Shown here one piece after another: positions 61,334 through 64,000 of a DNA stretch of 64,000 bases (position 1 is its first letter; every line of letters starts with the position of its first letter). A model generated the notes under the pieces. That model ran no database searches. It was not told the DNA's origin and worked only from the letters and a program-made list of their open reading frames with translations. A program made the translations under genes and the position numbers. Source of the stretch: Candidatus Ratteibacteria bacterium (lineage in GTDB: Bacteria; Ratteibacteria; UBA8468; B48-G9; JAFGKM01); contig JBKBIN010000004.1 of the NCBI GenBank assembly GCA_046296715.1, positions 1 to 64,000 of the forward strand. Reading direction: 5' to 3'.

Positions 61334-61747
61334 TCATAAATCAAATATTATTGTTGTTTTATATTTATCACCAATCTTTTCTATTCTTAAATTATGGTAT
61401 GTTGCTGCTTTTATTTCCTTTTCCATCCCTTCTATTTTTTTTACTAAAAGTTTAACAAAAAGATTATAGTTGTTATTCTCAGTTTCTATCTTTAATTGTT
61501 CAATTTCTCCAGCAATTTTTTTTGTCTCTGCATAATATATTATCTCATTTAAAAACTTAACAAGTAAATTTTCAAATTCTTCATCTTGAATATTTATCTC
61601 AATAGTCTTTTCTATGTTATTTAGTTTAACTCCCATTATTTTATATAGACCTTTTAATGAGTTAACAAAGAGTTCCTCTATTGTTTTTCCGTATACAATC
61701 AATCCTATATCAGCAGTATGGTTTATAATTTCAATATTTTTGTTCAT
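61334..61747 (-). CDS. Archease
   Basis: HTADIG..V.G...EELF, LLV.FLNE, EIKAATYH, C-terminal FDL. Confidence 0.92.
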   Translation of the reverse strand: MNKNIEIINHTADIGLIVYGKTIEELFVNSLKGLYKIMGVKLNNIEKTIEINIQDEEFENLLVKFLNEIIYYAETKKIAGEIEQLKIETENNNYNLFVKLLVKKIEGMEKEIKAATYHNLRIEKIGDKYKTTIIFDL

Positions 61748-64000
61748 TATTCTCTTTCTACTTTTGTTATATCTGTTATTTTATCATCATCGGGAAGATT
61801 TATAAGTCTTACACCAATTGTATTTCTTCCAACAATTCTTATATCAGAAACTTTAATTCTTATAACAATTCCTTTTTTTGTAGTTATAATTATTTCGTCT
61901 TCTTCTGAAACCAGTTTAGAAGCAACAACTTCACCATTTTTTGGGCCAACTTTTATATCTATAACTCCTTTTCCTCCTCTGTGTTGAACTTTATATTCTT
62001 TTATCAATGTTCTTTTTCCATATCCATTCTCGCAAACGGTAAGCAATGACATATTTTCTTCTTCAGGTTTTACAATTTCACAACTAACAACTTCGTCGTC
62101 TTGTTTTTTAAATCTTATTCCAATAACTCCAACCGCATCTCTTCCGACAGGTCTCACTTCTTTTTCTGGAAATCTAATACTTAGTCCTTTTTTAGTACTT
62201 AAAATAATATGGTTATTACCATCTGTCAATTTAACGTCAATAAGTTTATCATTTTCCCTAAGGTCAATAGCAATTATTCCGCCTTTCCTTGGTTTACTAT
62301 ATTTTTCAAGAGACGTTTTTTTAATAAGTCCATTTTTAGTAATCATTATTAAAAATTTTTCTTTTGAGAACTCCTTTACTGGTATAACTGCAGAAATTTT
62401 CTCCCCTGGTTCAATTCTTAAAAGATTTATTATTGGTTTCCCTTTTGACATTCTACTTCCTTCTGGAATTAGATATCCTTTAAGCCAATAAACTTTTCCT
62501 TTATCAGAAAAAAATAAAATTGTATCAGTTGTTGTTGTTAAAATAAGGTGTTTTATAAAATCTTCTTCTTTAATTGATGCTCCTATTAATCCTTTTCCTC
62601 CTCTTCTTTGTCTCCTGAATGAGTCAAGAGTTGTTCTTTTTATATAACCCTCATACGAAATAGTTACAACTATATCTTCTGGTCTTATTAAATCAACATC
62701 TTCAAATTCTTCTATATTTTCAACTATTTCTGTTTTTCTTTCATCCCCAAATTTTTCTTTAATCATTAAAAGTTCATTTTTTATTATTTCTTTTACTTTC
62801 ATCTGGTTTTCAAGAATTTCTCTGTAATCCTTAATTTTCAATTCAATTTCATCCTTTTCTTTTATTATTTTTTCTCTTTCAAGACCTGTTAATCTTGAAA
62901 GAGGCATACTTAGTATTGCATTCGCCTGTATTTCTGTAATTTTAAAAGTTTTTATTAATTTTTCTTCTGCTTCCTCTACATTTTTAGAATTTCTAATTAA
63001 ATCAATGGTTTTATCAAGATTATCAAGGGCAACAATTAATCCAAGAAGAATATGGTGTCTTTCTTCTGCTTTTCTTAAGTCATATTTAGTTCTTTTTATT
63101 ACAATCTCTTCTCTAAAATCTATAAAATGTTGCAGCATCTCTTTTATGTTTAAAAGGCGAGGTTGTCTATTGACAAGGGCAAGATTAATTATTCCATAAG
63201 AAGTTTGTAATTGAGTATGTTTATAAAGTTGATTTATTATTATATCAACATTTTCTCCCTTTTTAGTCTCAAGAACAACCCTTATACCTGATTTATCTGA
63301 TTCGTCTCTTACTTCAGTTACACCTCCAATTTTCCCATTTTCTATAAGATTTGCTATTTCTTCAACAAGGTTTGCTTTATTTACTTCAAAAGGGATACTC
63401 TTTATTACTATATTTACTTTATTTTTTTCTTCTTCAACTTCAACATGTCCCCGTAAAGTAATTATTCCTTTTCCTGTAACATATGCGTTTTTAATTCCTT
63501 CTCTTCCACATATCATACCACCTGTTGGAAAATCTGGACCTGGCAAAAACTTCATCAATTCTTCTATAGATATTTCAGGATTTTCAATTAATTTTATTAA
63601 TGCATCTACTACTTCTGATAAATTATGAGGAGGTATATTAGTAGCCATTCCAACTGCAATTCCTGAAGAACCATTTATAAGAAGATTAGGAATTTTACTT
63701 GGCAAAACAGTTGGTTCCATTAAAGATTCATCAAAATTAGGAACAAACTCAACGGTTTCCTTTTCAATATCTGCAAGTATTTCCATTGAAATTGGTGCAA
63801 GACGAGCTTCAGTATATCGCATAGCCGCTGGTGGGTCTCCATCAATAGAACCAAAATTTCCTTGTCCTTCAATCAACGGATATCTTAAAGTAAAAGTTTG
63901 TGCCATTCTTGCAATTGCTTCATAAATTGGAGCATCTCCATGAGGATGATATTTACCCATAACTTCTCCAACAATTCTTGCAGATTTTTTAAAAGGTTTA
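61747..64000 (-). CDS. gyrA: DNA gyrase subunit A (5' end outside the window)
   Basis: [27 protein letters not shown], GyrA-box QRRGGKG, C-terminal beta-pinwheel repeats; the frame is open to the window edge. Confidence 0.97.
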   Translation of the reverse strand, partial: KPFKKSARIVGEVMGKYHPHGDAPIYEAIARMAQTFTLRYPLIEGQGNFGSIDGDPPAAMRYTEARLAPISMEILADIEKETVEFVPNFDESLMEPTVLPSKIPNLLINGSSGIAVGMATNIPPHNLSEVVDALIKLIENPEISIEELMKFLPGPDFPTGGMICGREGIKNAYVTGKGIITLRGHVEVEEEKNKVNIVIKSIPFEVNKANLVEEIANLIENGKIGGVTEVRDESDKSGIRVVLETKKGENVDIIINQLYKHTQLQTSYGIINLALVNRQPRLLNIKEMLQHFIDFREEIVIKRTKYDLRKAEERHHILLGLIVALDNLDKTIDLIRNSKNVEEAEEKLIKTFKITEIQANAILSMPLSRLTGLEREKIIKEKDEIELKIKDYREILENQMKVKEIIKNELLMIKEKFGDERKTEIVENIEEFEDVDLIRPEDIVVTISYEGYIKRTTLDSFRRQRRGGKGLIGASIKEEDFIKHLILTTTTDTILFFSDKGKVYWLKGYLIPEGSRMSKGKPIINLLRIEPGEKISAVIPVKEFSKEKFLIMITKNGLIKKTSLEKYSKPRKGGIIAIDLRENDKLIDVKLTDGNNHIILSTKKGLSIRFPEKEVRPVGRDAVGVIGIRFKKQDDEVVSCEIVKPEEENMSLLTVCENGYGKRTLIKEYKVQHRGGKGVIDIKVGPKNGEVVASKLVSEEDEIIITTKKGIVIRIKVSDIRIVGRNTIGVRLINLPDDDKITDITKVERE

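Overview
Very AT-rich, gene-dense bacterial chromosome segment read with the standard genetic code. Lipoprotein-processing genes and surface-glycan genes are present; the lineage cannot be fixed from sequence alone. Positions 1-10.7 kb are an accessory surface-polysaccharide locus: a GHMP sugar kinase, a divergent split transketolase, an epimerase, a B12-radical SAM enzyme, a His-type PMP dehydratase with an E1-like Cys motif, a GDP-fucose-synthase-like reductase, and a GT-C-like membrane gene split at a T7 tract. A decayed HEPN-MNT pair lies on one side of this locus and a GbsR regulator/nucleotidyltransferase/small-protein cassette on the other. The rest is mostly housekeeping: aroE, rpsO-pnp, hisS-aspS, phoH-ybeY-dgkA-recO, split fumarase, def, thiC, ilvD, trxA, gmk, alr, pyrF, purE/purC, sua5, clpB, lgt, lspA, partial gyrA and three tRNAs (Arg-GCG, Pro-CGG, Gly-CCC). 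Mixed in are sugar catabolism genes (fucose isomerase, Gfo/Idh/MocA oxidoreductases, GH38 mannosidase, Na+/solute symporter). The best leads are the unusual sugar pathway, an orphan ParA with a non-ParB partner, a hendecad-repeat LysM lipoprotein with a 33-bp tandem repeat, a 51-bp duplicated promoter, and an unlisted 33-aa symporter partner. No CRISPR array, rRNA, integrase or intact transposase was seen. All calls come from motif recognition by eye, with no database searches.
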